A DNA stretch of 64,000 bases, from NCBI RefSeq assembly GCF_009914755.1, contig NC_060926.1. One strand, 5' to 3'. The notes under the pieces were generated by a model. That model saw nothing but the letters and a program-made list of their open reading frames with translations, ran no database searches and had not been told where the DNA came from. The position numbers and the translations under genes were made by a program. The stretch is from the human T2T-CHM13v2.0 reference genome, Homo sapiens. Below are positions 36,645-50,447 of this stretch, in pieces; within the stretch, counting starts at the first letter, position 1, and each line of letters begins with the position of its first letter.

Positions 36645-37400
36645 TCAATAAACTTTCTAACAGTCAACTTAAGTTCCAAACTTAAGCAGTGCAAATTCTG
36701 CTGGCTTTGAGTCAGATATTATTGGTAATATCACTGAATGCTTCAGTGACCTTGGACAAGTCAATTGATCTAACTGGGTCTATGTTCTTATCTATAAAAT
36801 GAAGATACTTATCTGCCTTGCCTAACTCATTTGACTGCTATGTAAGATGAAATTTGAAAATGTGTTTTGTAAGCTAAAATAATCTCATCCAAATGAAAGA
36901 GAGGCAGAACCATCAACCATCAATGAAAGAATATATATTTTTGTTTGCTTTTTACTTACTTTTGTTTTGTTTTTAATGCAGTGCAATTTGAAATTCAGTG
37001 GGTTTTCTTCTCTTTAAATAAAATTATCATTGGAATTAGCATACTTAGAAAACTTGGTAAAGATCTTGAAAATGGGAAATTTTATGTAAGTTGTAACCTT
37101 TCATTCGTCACTTCATGCTAACCATGTACTGAAGCCCTATTATATGTCAAACGTATTCTGCTGAGTACTGGAGAAAGATGAATAAGACACAGTTCTGCTT
37201 CTGAGTGAGCTCACAATCAGATGAGAGGGAGACAGAGAAGTAACCCTACAATCACAGTCCAGTGCACTGAGTCCTGTGAAGGGAATGTGAACACGGTGCC
37301 TGCGGGAGTGATCAGGAGAGCTGCCAAACCTAGCCCAGGTTCAGGGAGCCGAAGTCACTGAAATACACATAGGAGTTAATAAAGCTAAAGAGGTAGGGGA

Positions 37401-37697
37401 GGCCGGGCACGGTGGCTCAGGCCTGTAATCCCAGCGTGTTGGGAGGCCGAGGCAGATGGATCATGAGGTCAGGAGTTCAAGACCAGCCTGGCCAGGATGG
37501 TGAAAACTGTCTCTACTAAAAATACAAAAATTAGCCAGGCACGGTGGCAGGTGCCTGTAATCCCAGGTACTCAGGAAGCTGAGGCAGGAGAATCGCTTGA
37601 ACCCAGGGGTTGGAGGTTGCAGTGAGTGGAGATCACAACACTGCCCTCCAGCCAGGGTGACAGAGTGAGACTCCGCCTCAAAAAAAAAAAAAAAAAA
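37401..37697 (+). mobile_element. AluS (AluSg-like) SINE inserted in an L2 fragment
   Basis: Full Alu with poly(A). L2-like sequence on both sides (~37100-37400, ~37700-37920). Confidence 0.96.
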
Positions 37698-37946
37698 AGA
37701 GGGGATACCAAGTAGAGGGAGGGGATTTGTAAAGAATTTGAGATGAAAAAAGGCTTTGTACTTTCAGAGCGTTATAAAGAGCCCTGCATGGCTAGAGGAT
37801 CTGGCGTGTAAGTGTCAGAAAGAGTTTAAGTGGGACACAGAGCAGTGGAGGCTTTAAGTTGAGAAGGGGCATGATCTGATTTCTGTTTTAGAAAGATTAC
37901 TCTGGAGATGTCTTCAATTAGTTATGTACTGGAATCAGTGAGAGGC

Positions 37947-38088
37947 AGGGTTTCCCAAACCTGGCTGAACCATCAGAATTATTCAGGGAACTTGTACTCA
38001 ATTCAGATTCCTAGACCCCTCCTACTCTGAGCTGAGTCCAGGGATGTGGCTTTTGAACACGCTCTCCAGGTGATTCTCATGAAGCCAT
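37947..38088. mobile_element. MER5 (hAT-Charlie) MITE fragment
   Basis: cagggtttcccaaacctggctg..catcagaatt ... ccaggtgattctcatg. Confidence 0.7.
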
Positions 38089-38094
38089 GGCAAC

Positions 38095-38512
38095 TGTAGT
38101 GGGATTTATGAAGCCTCCCAAAAAGAGATGCCAGAGTCCTTAGCCCCCTAACCTATGAATGTTTACCTGGTTTGAAAAAAGGTTTGGCTGATGTATTTAG
38201 AGATCGTGAGAGAAGCAGCTTCTCCTGGGTTTTCCAGGTAAGCCCTAAGTCTGCTGACTTGCACCCTTAGAAGACAGGCGGAAGACAAGAAAACACAAGA
38301 CAAGAGGAAAAGGCAGAGATACAGCCAGAAGGCCCAACAGGAACTGGCAGAGGAAAGGAACAAAATACCTAGAGCCTCCAGAGCAAGTTCAGCCGTACCC
38401 ATTTCTGGATTTCAGACTTCTGGACTCCAGAATTCTGAGAGGATAACTTTCTGTTGTTTTGAACTTCCCAGTTTGTAATAATTTGTTACGGCAGCCCTGG
38501 GAAGCTAACACA
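38095..38512 (+). mobile_element. MLT1 (MLT1B-like) MaLR solo LTR
   Basis: TGTAGTGGG start and 'gatttcagacttctggactccagaattctgagaggataactttctgttgtttt...tttgttacggcagccctgggaagctaacaca' end. Near-TSD GCAAC/CCAAC. Confidence 0.85.
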
Positions 38513-41155
38513 CCAACCGATGATAACTTAGCTTTTCATTTACTAGGCTCCATGATGGCAGGACAAATGGTCACAAAACTGAAGCAAAACAGAATACATT
38601 GTTAGATGGAGTTTGTTAAGAAAACAGCAAATAGTATACTGAAAAAAATAATTTAAACCTGAGCCATAGTTCCATCCTCGTCCTAGGCTGAGCTTTGAGC
38701 ACTGCCTTCGTTTCCCCTTCCCTTCTCCTTTCATTTGATTTCAAGGCGCCATGTTTTTCTCACTCCTGGGGAAAGTGGCCATGTGGGCAACCTTAAAAAC
38801 AAACAAACCTATTTGTGTCTCACTGGAAGCCTCAGTCACCAGCTCTCATGGGAAAACTGCCAGTCACTGGTTGCCTTGAAAAGTCAGGCCTCTGAGGATG
38901 CAGGGCTTCGAGGAGGCAGTTTCCCTAGTATTTCACTCTTGATCCTGGTATAGGGGTGGTGCAGGCCAGAAACCACTTCATTGAGGCATCTGAGTCCTGC
39001 TGACCGGACACCAAGGAGTTTCTGTATTCATTGTGTCAGGTTGTAAGAAGAGAGTTTCCTTAATGGGTAGAGAGAGAGAGGGAAAGAGAGAAAGAGGGAG
39101 TATGTATATGTGCATTCGTGTGTATGTTTGGGTGTCCTTGTGTCTGGGCATATATAAGCCTGTGTATGTCTGTGTGTGTCTGTGTTCAGCTCCTCCCCAG
39201 GCGACATTTATTTAGGAAATAATTTTCATGATAGTAAAGAAACTTCCTGAGCATCTAATGTACCTCAGGCCCTATTGAAAACCAAGAGGACACAGAAGGA
39301 AATGAGAGATGCAGTAGCTGCCCTGGAAACCATTCTCAGACCAGTGGAAAGACCCACAGTGTAATGTAAAAGTGGAGGAAAATGACTTTGGGCTCAGACA
39401 AATCTCAATTCAAATTCAGGTGCTGTCCTTCATCAGCTGAGTGATTATTAACAAGTTTCCTAAGCTCTTAAACACTTTTAATTCTTTATCTGTAAATGAA
39501 AATAATACTATCTACTCTCAAGGTTGTTGAAAGAATTTCATGAGTCAATATGTGCAGAGCCTTTGATGTAGTTCCTGTTACAAACTAGTTCTCAGTAAAA
39601 GGGAGTCACTGGTATTTTACATGTGTTACAGTAGAAGTAGGCGAAAGATCCAGTAAACACAACAGAAAAGAAGGAACTAAGGTAGCCTGGTGGAGTCAGG
39701 AGAATCTTTTCAGGGATGTCACAAAGAATCAGGAGGCTGCCAAAATGGCTAGTGATAGGGTTTAAGAAGAAAGTTAGAGTTGCATCTGGGAGAAAGGGTC
39801 ATCAAGAGTCCTGGCTTCCGTGTTAAGCTTGACCTGGTTTCCATGTCAACCTCTACTGTGTAGGTTGTGGAGAAAAACCTACCTGGTTTTCTAATTAATG
39901 CTGATTGAGAAATAACACTGTGTCCTGTAATTTTATACTTAGGAAATAGAAACTATTTATTCAAATAGTGCAGTGTTTCGCCTTATAGAATCATAGGGCA
40001 CACAAGCCAATCAATTAAAGAATTAAGTCTTACCTACCCTTCAGTTGGGGAAGGTGCATTCAACTACAAAGATTTTCTAAAACACTGATTTTTATCCTGC
40101 TTAGGTCTAAGACAGAAATGAAAAAAAAAAAACTTTATACATTTAACATTTATCATTCTTTTGCTTTAAAAATACCATATTATCACATTTTCTGATTGGT
40201 ATGAGGCCATTTTTATACATCAGTTATTCAATGTCACCATTGATGGACCCAGTTCCAGCCATTTACCAATGGCAAAGTGCCCCCAGCTACATAGCTCACA
40301 GGGGTCACGTCTGCCCTTGTCTTGATCATGAGTCTCTTCTTTAGCTGTGTGTGGTGTGTTCTTGTCAAGCTGAACTGTGGCTCAAAAAGTGCATTTGTAC
40401 ATAGGATTTTGTCTCATTTTAATCCTCACAATAGTCCTGGAAAGCAAATATCATTATCCTCATTGTAAAGAAGGCTTCAAATACAGTGAGCAACTCACCT
40501 AAGAACGTGCAACCAAGAAATGGCAGATTCAAGCTGGGTTTATTTGACTCAAAGTCTAATCTCATTTGCACACCAAAGCCTTTTCTATTTCCATTAATTC
40601 ACTTATTTATCCACTAAACAGATATTAGTTGGGTCCACTGCGTGGTCTCCATGCTAGATGCTGAGCTCACCACATATGGCGTTGGTGCCTCTTTCACCTA
40701 TTTTGGTCCTCATTTTATCCCGTGAGATACAGCAGATTGTCTACTCCTTCAAATGCCTGAACTTGGCTATTGGAGGATCACTCTCATGCCCTACAATAGT
40801 ATCTCTTATGACCTGGTTTCCAGCTACCACTCAATCCTGGTCTCTTTTCTCTGAATATGCTTCATCTATCAATGCCCTTACAGAAGTATGGTGTTCAGAT
40901 TCATGTGGAATCATCAAAAATTGCCTTGACCCATGCAGAGCCAAGCCAACCTGTTTCTGCTCATTCTGGAGCAGCTGCCACTAACGAAGCCAAGAAGACT
41001 GCAGGAAGATGGACTTCTAGTCTGAAGCAGTGTTCGCTTCCCATCTTCACAGTGATCCCCTTTACACAGAGAAAATTAGAATGAGGTATACCAAAACAGA
41101 AAAGCATCACCAAATGTGAAAATCATTCCAAGCCTTGGAACCCACATACATCTGA

Positions 41156-41466
<311 letters not shown>

Positions 41467-42306
41467 TGAGCTGCGTATTCCACAGTCTACTGTTTTATTA
41501 GAACTACCTCCAAACACTCCAATAAATCTCAGTGGAGTGCTCTTCTGAATGTTCAGCCCAAATGTTCATGAAAGAGATGTGTAATCACGGTGCTCCATGT
41601 TTTTAAATAAGATGAGACAAGTAAAGGCACGTATTCCATAATTCATGAAGTACACTCTTTCAGAAAACTTTTTTTTTTAAGAATTTGATTAATAGTCTAA
41701 TCATTGCGCACAGAGATTGCTTTCCTAGAAGCTAGAAAATGCATATATGTTTCAGAAAAATGCTGAGGATCCTTTCAGCGGCCTTTCCTCATCTAGGATG
41801 GGGTGGTCCGGAAATCAGAATGAGAAGGCAGGCAATGCACTCTCCTTTGCTGCTTTCAGCAGAAATGCTTCTGTAAGAGCCTGAATTAGCCAAGCATTAG
41901 GTCTGTTCAACTGGTTACATCCTTAGATGGGAGAGACAGCCTGGTGATCAGCCCAGAGAGCAGTCAGGCTGGCCTGGTATTGACTCCAGGCTCTGTCACT
42001 CGCAGGCTGTGTGCCCTGCAAGGGAGTTAGCATATCTGAGCATCAGTTTTCAATTTTCTGGTTGTGAGAATTAAGTCACACAAAGTACACAAAATTCCAG
42101 CTTCACAGCAGAGGCTCAATAAATGGCAGCTGCTTTGGGTTCAACATTAACCAAGTTACCTAGGTAGAAAGTCACTTTCCACTCTTAAAGAAAAGTAGAC
42201 AATTACATTTTTCCCTAAATGCCTGGGTAGAATGCCAACATTTGCTGAGCCCTGTGTCTGTGTAGCAGAGATCAGCTAGGTTCACACACTTAATACTCAC
42301 ACTATC

Positions 42307-42742
42307 TGTAGTGGGTTGCATTGTTGCCCCTAAAAACATATGCTCACATCCTAATCCCTGGAATCTGAGAGCGTGACCTTATTTGGAAAAATTGTTTTTG
42401 CAAATGTAATTCAATTAAGGATCTTGAGATGAGGAGACCATCCTAGATTATCTTGTGGGGGACGGGGTGGGGGCACAAATTCAGTGAAAATGTCCTTATA
42501 ATAGACTCCCAGAGGACAATGCAAGGTAAAGATGGAGGCAGAGATGGGAGTGATGTGGCCACAAACCCAGGAATGCTGGGGCAACCACTAGAAGCTGGAA
42601 GGTGAAGGAATGGTATCTCCCTGGAGCCCCCAGAGGGAGAATATCCCTAACAGATTTCAGACTTCTAGCATCCAGAATTGTAAGAGAGTAGATTTCTATT
42701 GTTTTAAGCCACCAAATTTGTTACAGCAAGCCCAGGAAGCTA
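42307..42742 (+). mobile_element. MLT1 (MLT1B/C-like) MaLR solo LTR inserted in a MIR
   Basis: TGTAGTGGGTTG start, 'gtgaccttatttggaaa', 'gatttcagacttctagcatccagaattgtaagag'. CTATC at 42302-42306 and 42740-42744 is a probable TSD. Confidence 0.85.
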
Positions 42743-45700
42743 TCATCTTGTCCTTGCCCTTTGGGCATTATTGAGCAAGAAACTTCAGAGAGGTTAAGTA
42801 ATCAGCCTAAATTCAGACAGTTAGTACACAATGGAGCCAAGATGCAAATCCAAGCCTCCTTCACATGAAAACGCATGAATTTGTTTGTTTCTCCTATTGA
42901 ATGGTTATGCTTAAATGATCCACAAAGTCTCTTGGATCCAGAATGAATTATTCTTACTCAGAAATGGAAGAGGTCACTGGGAACATCTCAGTCACTCCCA
43001 TCCAACAAAAGATGATTTTGAATAAATCCAGTAATCCCAGTTTCTCATGGGGTATTCCATATTGTTAGCACTAATAGATATAAACATAGACAGATATTTA
43101 TTTGAGAGAGCAAAGTATTTGGATAGTTCATTCCCAGTGCCAGTCCAGGGTAAAAAACCTTTTTAAAAAGCTGTGCCATAAGGGAAAGTGGAAGAATCAA
43201 ACAAACAACTGAATTGAGAGCAAGAAGATCCAGGAGTTGCCAGCTGCCTGTAACAGCTATGGGTCAAGTCTTGGCCTTACCACCAACTTCCTATTTTATC
43301 CCTAAAAAATCATTAAATTTTTCTGGACTTCATTGTCTTCAGCAGAAGACGTAGGAGCTGTAACGTGTTTTTTTGAATGGCTCTTCCAGCAAGATTCCCA
43401 AGGACCACCTTTAGAAACATTTGTCAGATATATCTAGATCCTGAAATATACATCTAGTTGGGGCTTGTTTCTGTGGCTACCTTGCCAACAGTCATTGGTT
43501 TATTATATAAAGTCCAACAGAAACTTCAAACATCCCACTCAACCAAACATTAAACTGAATACAAAATCCAGGGCCATTTTGAATCTTAGCTGTCAAGGAG
43601 GGCTTCATTTTCTAGGCATCAATTTGTCATCTAGTCTAAGCAGGTTTTTCCTACATAAATAACCCCGAACATTTGACATCACTTTGCAGCTTGCAAAATG
43701 CTTTCATCCACACATAGTCATCGATTTCCACCCTGTGAGGTAGGCAGGCATCATCTCCCATTCACAGAGGAAGAAGCTGGTCAGAGCCCGTGTACCTTGT
43801 GGAAGCAGAAGGAAGAACCAGGACTAAACTCAGGCCCTTCTACAGACAAAACCTCTGTTCTTTCCACTGTAGTTTAGTGCCTGCTGCTGACAGGTGGGCC
43901 TGAAAAAGCATTATAATAAGACCTGTTTTTCGATTCTATGAATTAGAGAAATGGCTCTCATTTAATAAGTAAAGATCCCTATTTGTCCTTGAAGCCAGTA
44001 GTTTTATTTCATTTTTCCTGGAACATGGGAGACACTGTATGGAGATTTAATGACTAAATGAACAAATGAAAGACAAAATTAATTCATTGATGTGGGAGTT
44101 GAAGTCGAAAGAGGAAAAGCAACTTGCCCAGAATCACCCAACAAAGAGTGCCAGAACAGAATTCATTTCTAGATGCCTCATTGTGAGTGCCATATATAAC
44201 CACATCTCTTTTTTTAAAGCCTTACTTCAGTTATGTTTAATGATGAGAAATATATCTTACATAAGATCCTGGACAATTTAAAATTATAAAATTTCATAAT
44301 ATAAAGATGTGTGGCATACGCTCAAAATCACTGTCTTCTTGAAATAAGGCTATGGGATACTGCAGAAGAACATGTCAGGATTCACTGGAAAGTCTCCTAA
44401 GAATATATTTGTGCTATGGTGTGGATGCTGGGTCCACAGTTTAATGTGTTCATCTGTCTCTTGTGCTCACTACTTCCTCTCTGTTCCGGGCTGCAGGCCC
44501 AACTCCTTATTTTTTGTTCCCTTCAGCCTAACTGTTCTGGTTATGTAATTGTTCCCTTCACCAGGAGACCTCAGAGGTCACTCACTACAGCCTGATATCA
44601 AGATGAGGGCATCCCGTGCTAATTAGACAGTGGCAGACGGCAGGCATTGGCCCCTTCTGCGTGATGCCAGCCACGCAGGCTTCTCTCTGCAGCTCAGGGG
44701 GCTGGCATTGAGGATTTTAAGAGCAGGAGAAAATAAAATGTGTCCTTGTGGCAGCTACGGAAGGAGCTGCTGGCCTTCTCTGTCCCCCAGGGGAATATCA
44801 AAGGGGAAGAATAGGGAGCCCTTTTGCGGTACTTGGAGCTTATCCCAAGGGCAGCTGCAGTATTTGGGGCTGGGGTGAGAGGGGATGTGGGATTCATGGA
44901 ATTCACTGCCTGTGCTTAGCCTTATCATCTTGTCCAGATACAATCAAAGCATGCCAAAGATTAATAGGTCCTAAGGGACCAGTTTTATACCTTCATTTCC
45001 TCCGCAGAGAGAGAGGAAAGGAAATACCCAAGGTCACTCGGTGAATTTCTGGCAGAGTTCCGTCAAGTCCCATTTGCCCAGAGTGTTCAAGGCTCACTCA
45101 AATCAGCACCAAATGTAGCAAGTAAAAGGGCCTCAGGAGTAAAGAATCACCTGTTAACACCTGTTAGAATTAGGTTGTCTGTTCCCTTCTACATCACTGA
45201 ACTTGGCAAATCTCAGGCACATAATACATACACCCATTTCTGCACAGTCTACCAAGTGTTATTTTTCAAAAATTGAGAAGAGGAGCCTGATACACACAAG
45301 CTATTCAAAGTCTGTTTATGCCTTTTATGCACCTGTCTTCCTATCCCATCCATCCTTTCTCCTCGCTTCTGACCTCATCTCATCTTCCCAAGACACATTC
45401 CTCATGTGCTTTTCTCGTGTCACAACGCTGCCACATTTCTCAAAACTACACTTTGGCCCCTAACAACTCCGACCTCATTAGCTCTAATTTCTTTGTTGTC
45501 TAGCCCCCAGGAAACCCTGGAGTGTGTTCATCCTAGATTTACCCACTGAGGAGAGTCAGCAACCATCATCTGGGTGTGGCTGTATTAAATTGGAGTCATT
45601 TACAAACGATTTTTCTGATTCAAAGAATCATAAAATAAAATTCGATACTGTAGTGGCCAGGAAATTCAAATTCTAGCCTTATTGACTTAATTGGTAACCT

Positions 45701-47139
45701 CGAAGTTCGTCTTTCTCTTACCTTGGTCTAATTTTTTTCATCTCTTAGAGGAAACAGTGAAACTTAAGTTCTGGCATCAGTGTTATATAAGCTTATGAAT
45801 TGGAAGAGATTATGCAGGTAAAGAAAGAGGCTTTTCTGAATTAATGATGTCTTCCATCAAATCCATCACAAAGAAATTCATTCCCTAGAGAATTATTCAG
45901 CTAAGCAAATGCTATGTAACCATAAGAAATGGCATTGATTTTCTTAATGTCACAAGCTGTAAACTAATTTATAAAAAAAAGAAAAACGAACTCTCTTAGC
46001 CCACTGGGAGCCCTTTCTCTGGTGATATATTTTCTTCATCTGAACAGAGCATCTCAGATCAAAATATTTTGGGCAACTTCTGAAAAAGCTGAATTCTGCA
46101 ATCACAAGAATGTTTGAAGTAGAATTTTGTCCTACGCTCTCAATCTCATTTGATGCCTCCTTTATCAACTTTCAAATTTTCCCAAGATTTTCTTCCATCG
46201 TTCGTGCATTCTCTATATCTCAAAGGAGGAGAGAGTGTTTTTGTTGTCTGAGATTAACCTGGCCTCTTAACTCTGCATCCCAGTCATTAACTACCCACGC
46301 TTCTTTCTAATTCTCCCAATATCTTCCTCTCAATGGATTCCTTTTAAATTCCTCCCTCCCACACTGCAAGAAACTCCAAGTGATCTCCTCCACAGGAGAT
46401 GAGCCAACTTTCTCCTCTGCTTGTTGACAAACACCTGTAAAAACCTGGCCTTATTCTCCTGAAACAGGGACCTCCTGCCCTGCATCAAATCTGACCCCTT
46501 TCACTTTTTACCTGGATTCTGCACTTACCCCTGGCCCATGACCCAGCCTCCAGACCTACTCCAGCTCAGCCCTCTTCTCCATACCACAGCCAGAGTGGAA
46601 TGTCATTTCCTTAGGTCACTCCCTGCTTAACAGCCCCAGTGTTTCCTCATTGTTTCCAAGAAGCCCACACTTCCTGGCTTCTGTCCTATGACCTGGCACT
46701 GTCTAGCCAAGTCTTGTATTGCATTTGCATGTGTGCCTCTGTTAATTCCCACCTTCCTTCCTCTACTTCAGAGGGGAAATGCCTAGGCAAGCTTTATTAG
46801 CATTCTTAATGTGGCTTATATAAGCAGAGGTACCCTTAGCCCACCTGTCACCAGCCTGTCTTTCCATGAACCACGTATATCCCAGGCATCCTTAGGAGAG
46901 CACAGAAGACTGCACCAAACCTCTCCAGGCTGGCTCTCTCCACCTCCAACCCACATATCAGAAATACCAGGCTTGCTGATGGTATCTGTGTTTTTAATTC
47001 TTTCTCATTTTTTACTTAATGTTTACTCTGTCTACAATTACTCTCTTGAATGTTAATTTTACTAGTAACAGTGATAACAAAACTATAATTAATATTTCTA
47101 TTGTATAATTTTATATCACATTTATACATTATATTTTTA

Positions 47140-47855
47140 AATTAATTTTTTATTTGAGATAATTCTAGATTCACATGCAATTATAAGAAGTAATACAGAG
47201 AGCTCTCATGAACCTGTACCCAGTTTTCCCAGTGGTAACATGTTACAAAACTATAGTGCAATAACCCAACTAGAACACTGACACTGATGAAAGCAAGATA
47301 CAGAACATTTCCATCACCACAAGGATCCCTCCTGTTGCCCTGGATAGCTACATTCGCATCCGACCCAACCCACCCCTCCTCAACCCCGGCCAATGAATAT
47401 GTTCTCCATTTCTAAAATTTTGTCATTTCAGGAATCTTCTATACATGGAATCATACAGTATATAATCTTTTGAGATTGGCTTTTTCAATTTGTTTTCCAC
47501 ATTTTTATTATTAGTATAGGTAAATGTGATTTTTTTTTAATGTGTTGATCTTGTGTCCTGTGACTTGATGAAATCATGTATTAGTTCTGGAAACTGGAAG
47601 AGGGGGTTGTTTGGTGGTTGTTGTTGTTGTTTTTCAATTTTTGTAGATTCCTTGAGATTTTCTTCAGAGAAAATCATATCATCTGCAAATAAAATAGCTT
47701 TTTGTTTTGTTTTGTTTTTCCAATTTGTTAGGCTTTTATTTATTTTTCTTGCCTTATTGCAGTGGCTGGAAATTCCAGTACTTGGATACAAATGATGGAA
47801 ATGTACATCCTTGCCTTGTTCCTGCTCTTAGGGGTAAAGCATTCAGTCTTTCATC
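47140..47855 (-). mobile_element. Old LINE-1 (L1MC-like): 3' UTR joined directly to an ORF2 RT fragment
   Basis: 47140-47490 matches an L1MC 3' end ('gatacagaacatttccatcaccacaaggatccctc'). ORF 47537-47791 (-) contains LFADDMI, the L1 RT FADD motif. Confidence 0.85.
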
Positions 47856-48907
47856 ATTCATGTAATGTGTTGCCTCCTTGGAACCACCATATAATCTGTC
47901 TGGAACTCAGTTTTCTAATCAGCAAACCACAAAGACTAGATTTGGTCCATCAGTGAGTTACAAAGTAAAGTCTCTAGGAGATAATCCTGGGTCCATGTTT
48001 TTCTGTTTTATGCTATTGGTATTTTGATAACATTTAGTATGAAAAGGAATGCTACCCTTTAAAAAAATATTTCAATATTACTAAAAGAGAAGACTTCATG
48101 GTTTTTCTGATTCTAAAGTCCCCTGATTCTGTGGTCCCTTTGCAACCTTGATCATCATGGTGATGCTTCAGTTTGTATACTCTATGAGGCACTTTTGCTT
48201 CATTCTTTCATTTAATTTTACCTATAATCTTAAGTGTGATGGGTGGTACTGCATTATTGTGCACTGGAAGCAATTAAATTTAAAGACATTAAGTGATTTG
48301 TTCAAGGTCACACAGAAAACAAAGAGAAATTGCTCTTCATTTCGCAATGCTCGTGAGACCAGAAATATACACAATTAACATAGATTTAGTATATCTGCTC
48401 CTATGCAGGCCTGTCAATTTACAAACTTTGGCTGGGCGCATACTTTGTGCCAAACACAGTACAAGAGAATATCCAGCTTAAGGGGGAAGAAAATGGAAAT
48501 TTAAGGCATTGAACTCCTTGAAGACAGAAAACATTTCTGACCCATCTCTGGATCCTAGCACAGTGTCTAGAACACACAAGCACTCCATAGACAGTGAATA
48601 AATCAATGATTTGCTAATGCGTGTGCTATGTGACACATAAATGGCTCAAATACGCATTCTGGGGCTCTCTGGAGGAACAAGCATTGAACTGAAATTTCAG
48701 AGCTGATAGGATGCATCTCAGAGGAAGCTCTAAGAGAGCATCATTTGGTGAGAGGAAGGCTGACATAGGAGAAAGGTCAGATTTGAGTTTGAGCCCCAGT
48801 TTATCGAGGTCTATATCTCTTCACTGTGGGACAGTTACTTAATCTCACTAAACCTCAGCTTCTTAATTTATACAATAGGAAAGAAATATTCACCTCAAGG
48901 GTTATTA

Positions 48908-49283
<376 letters not shown>

Positions 49284-50436
49284 GACACCTAAAAAGGTTG
49301 ACTCAGGAGCTGTCTTTATAAAACTGAAGGATTCATTAAAAAAAATAGGAGTGGCTTTAAGAAGATGTATGTTTAGTTTTATTTAAGCATCCGTTTCTGG
49401 TCTCATTCAGAAATGTCCCCAGTAGAGTTTTCCATTCACAGGGAGTCAGGTTTAGTATTACCTACATTTCTCTAAGTAATTCCTGCTCAAGGAACCTCGG
49501 CCATTAATCAGGCATACGTGGATAAGCCTTGCTGTTCACTGCTTTCAGGCCAAATCTGGTTTGAAATATTTAAATTAAAGCATCTTTTTTCAACAAAAAG
49601 TCTTGTCAGTTGGCTACATGAGATTAAAATACCTTTATGAAAATTGTAAGTTGTCAGCTCCAGGAGGACTAGAGATAAAGCAAGCTCTCAACACGGCTGC
49701 AGTCCATTTGGGTTTCAATTGACTTGTTTTCTTCTGAGCTTTGATTTAAAATCTGTGCCCTGTCTGAATCATCGACCACTACTCCAGAGGGGATTCTAGA
49801 CACAATGAAAGATGAAGAAGGGAAAATTCAAGAAGATCTCAAAGTAAGATGCCCAATATTGCAGCTCTTTCCCGCCTGAATTTGTCTGTTTGGAATGTGC
49901 AGTGGCTTCACCCACATTTGTGGACCCCAAAGTAACAGATGATTGGACATAATCACCAGACTGTGAATTAGGAACCCTGTGTGAGCCTGGGCAGCGACCT
50001 TTCCTTCAAGGGGTCACAGCCCCCTGCAAGAGGAGGCTGCACAAGTGAATCTCTCAAATTGCTTGAAGATCTACATTTCTCTGAACTTCGAACTACCATG
50101 AGAGCTTCATTTTTCTCTTCCCTCCCAGCAAATGTGGCCAGGCATTGGGCATTGAGTCACGTATAGTTTCACAGAAACCTTTGTCTATCCTAATATTCTG
50201 AGATAAAAAGAAGAAAATGAGAATTGAATTCCCTGGTCATTAAAATTCCTTCCTAGACAACTGAGTTCATATGCACTTGAACGAATTATCCAAGAATCAG
50301 TGTTAGTGCTTAATTGGAAGACAGAGAAAACCACAGAGTCTGACAAGAGAAGGCAGATAAAATAGAAATGTCTCCAGGCATTGAAAAGTTTGACAGGCAG
50401 AAGAGTTTGTGATTTGAAAGACAGCTAATGCTGTAC

Positions 50437-50447
50437 GTGAGTCAGCA
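50437..50447 (+). promoter_or_regulatory. ARE/MARE motif (NFE2/NRF2/BACH-small MAF)
   Basis: GTGAGTCAGCA is an exact RTGASTCAGCA match, with AGATAA adjacent at 50450-50455. Motif only. Confidence 0.35.
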
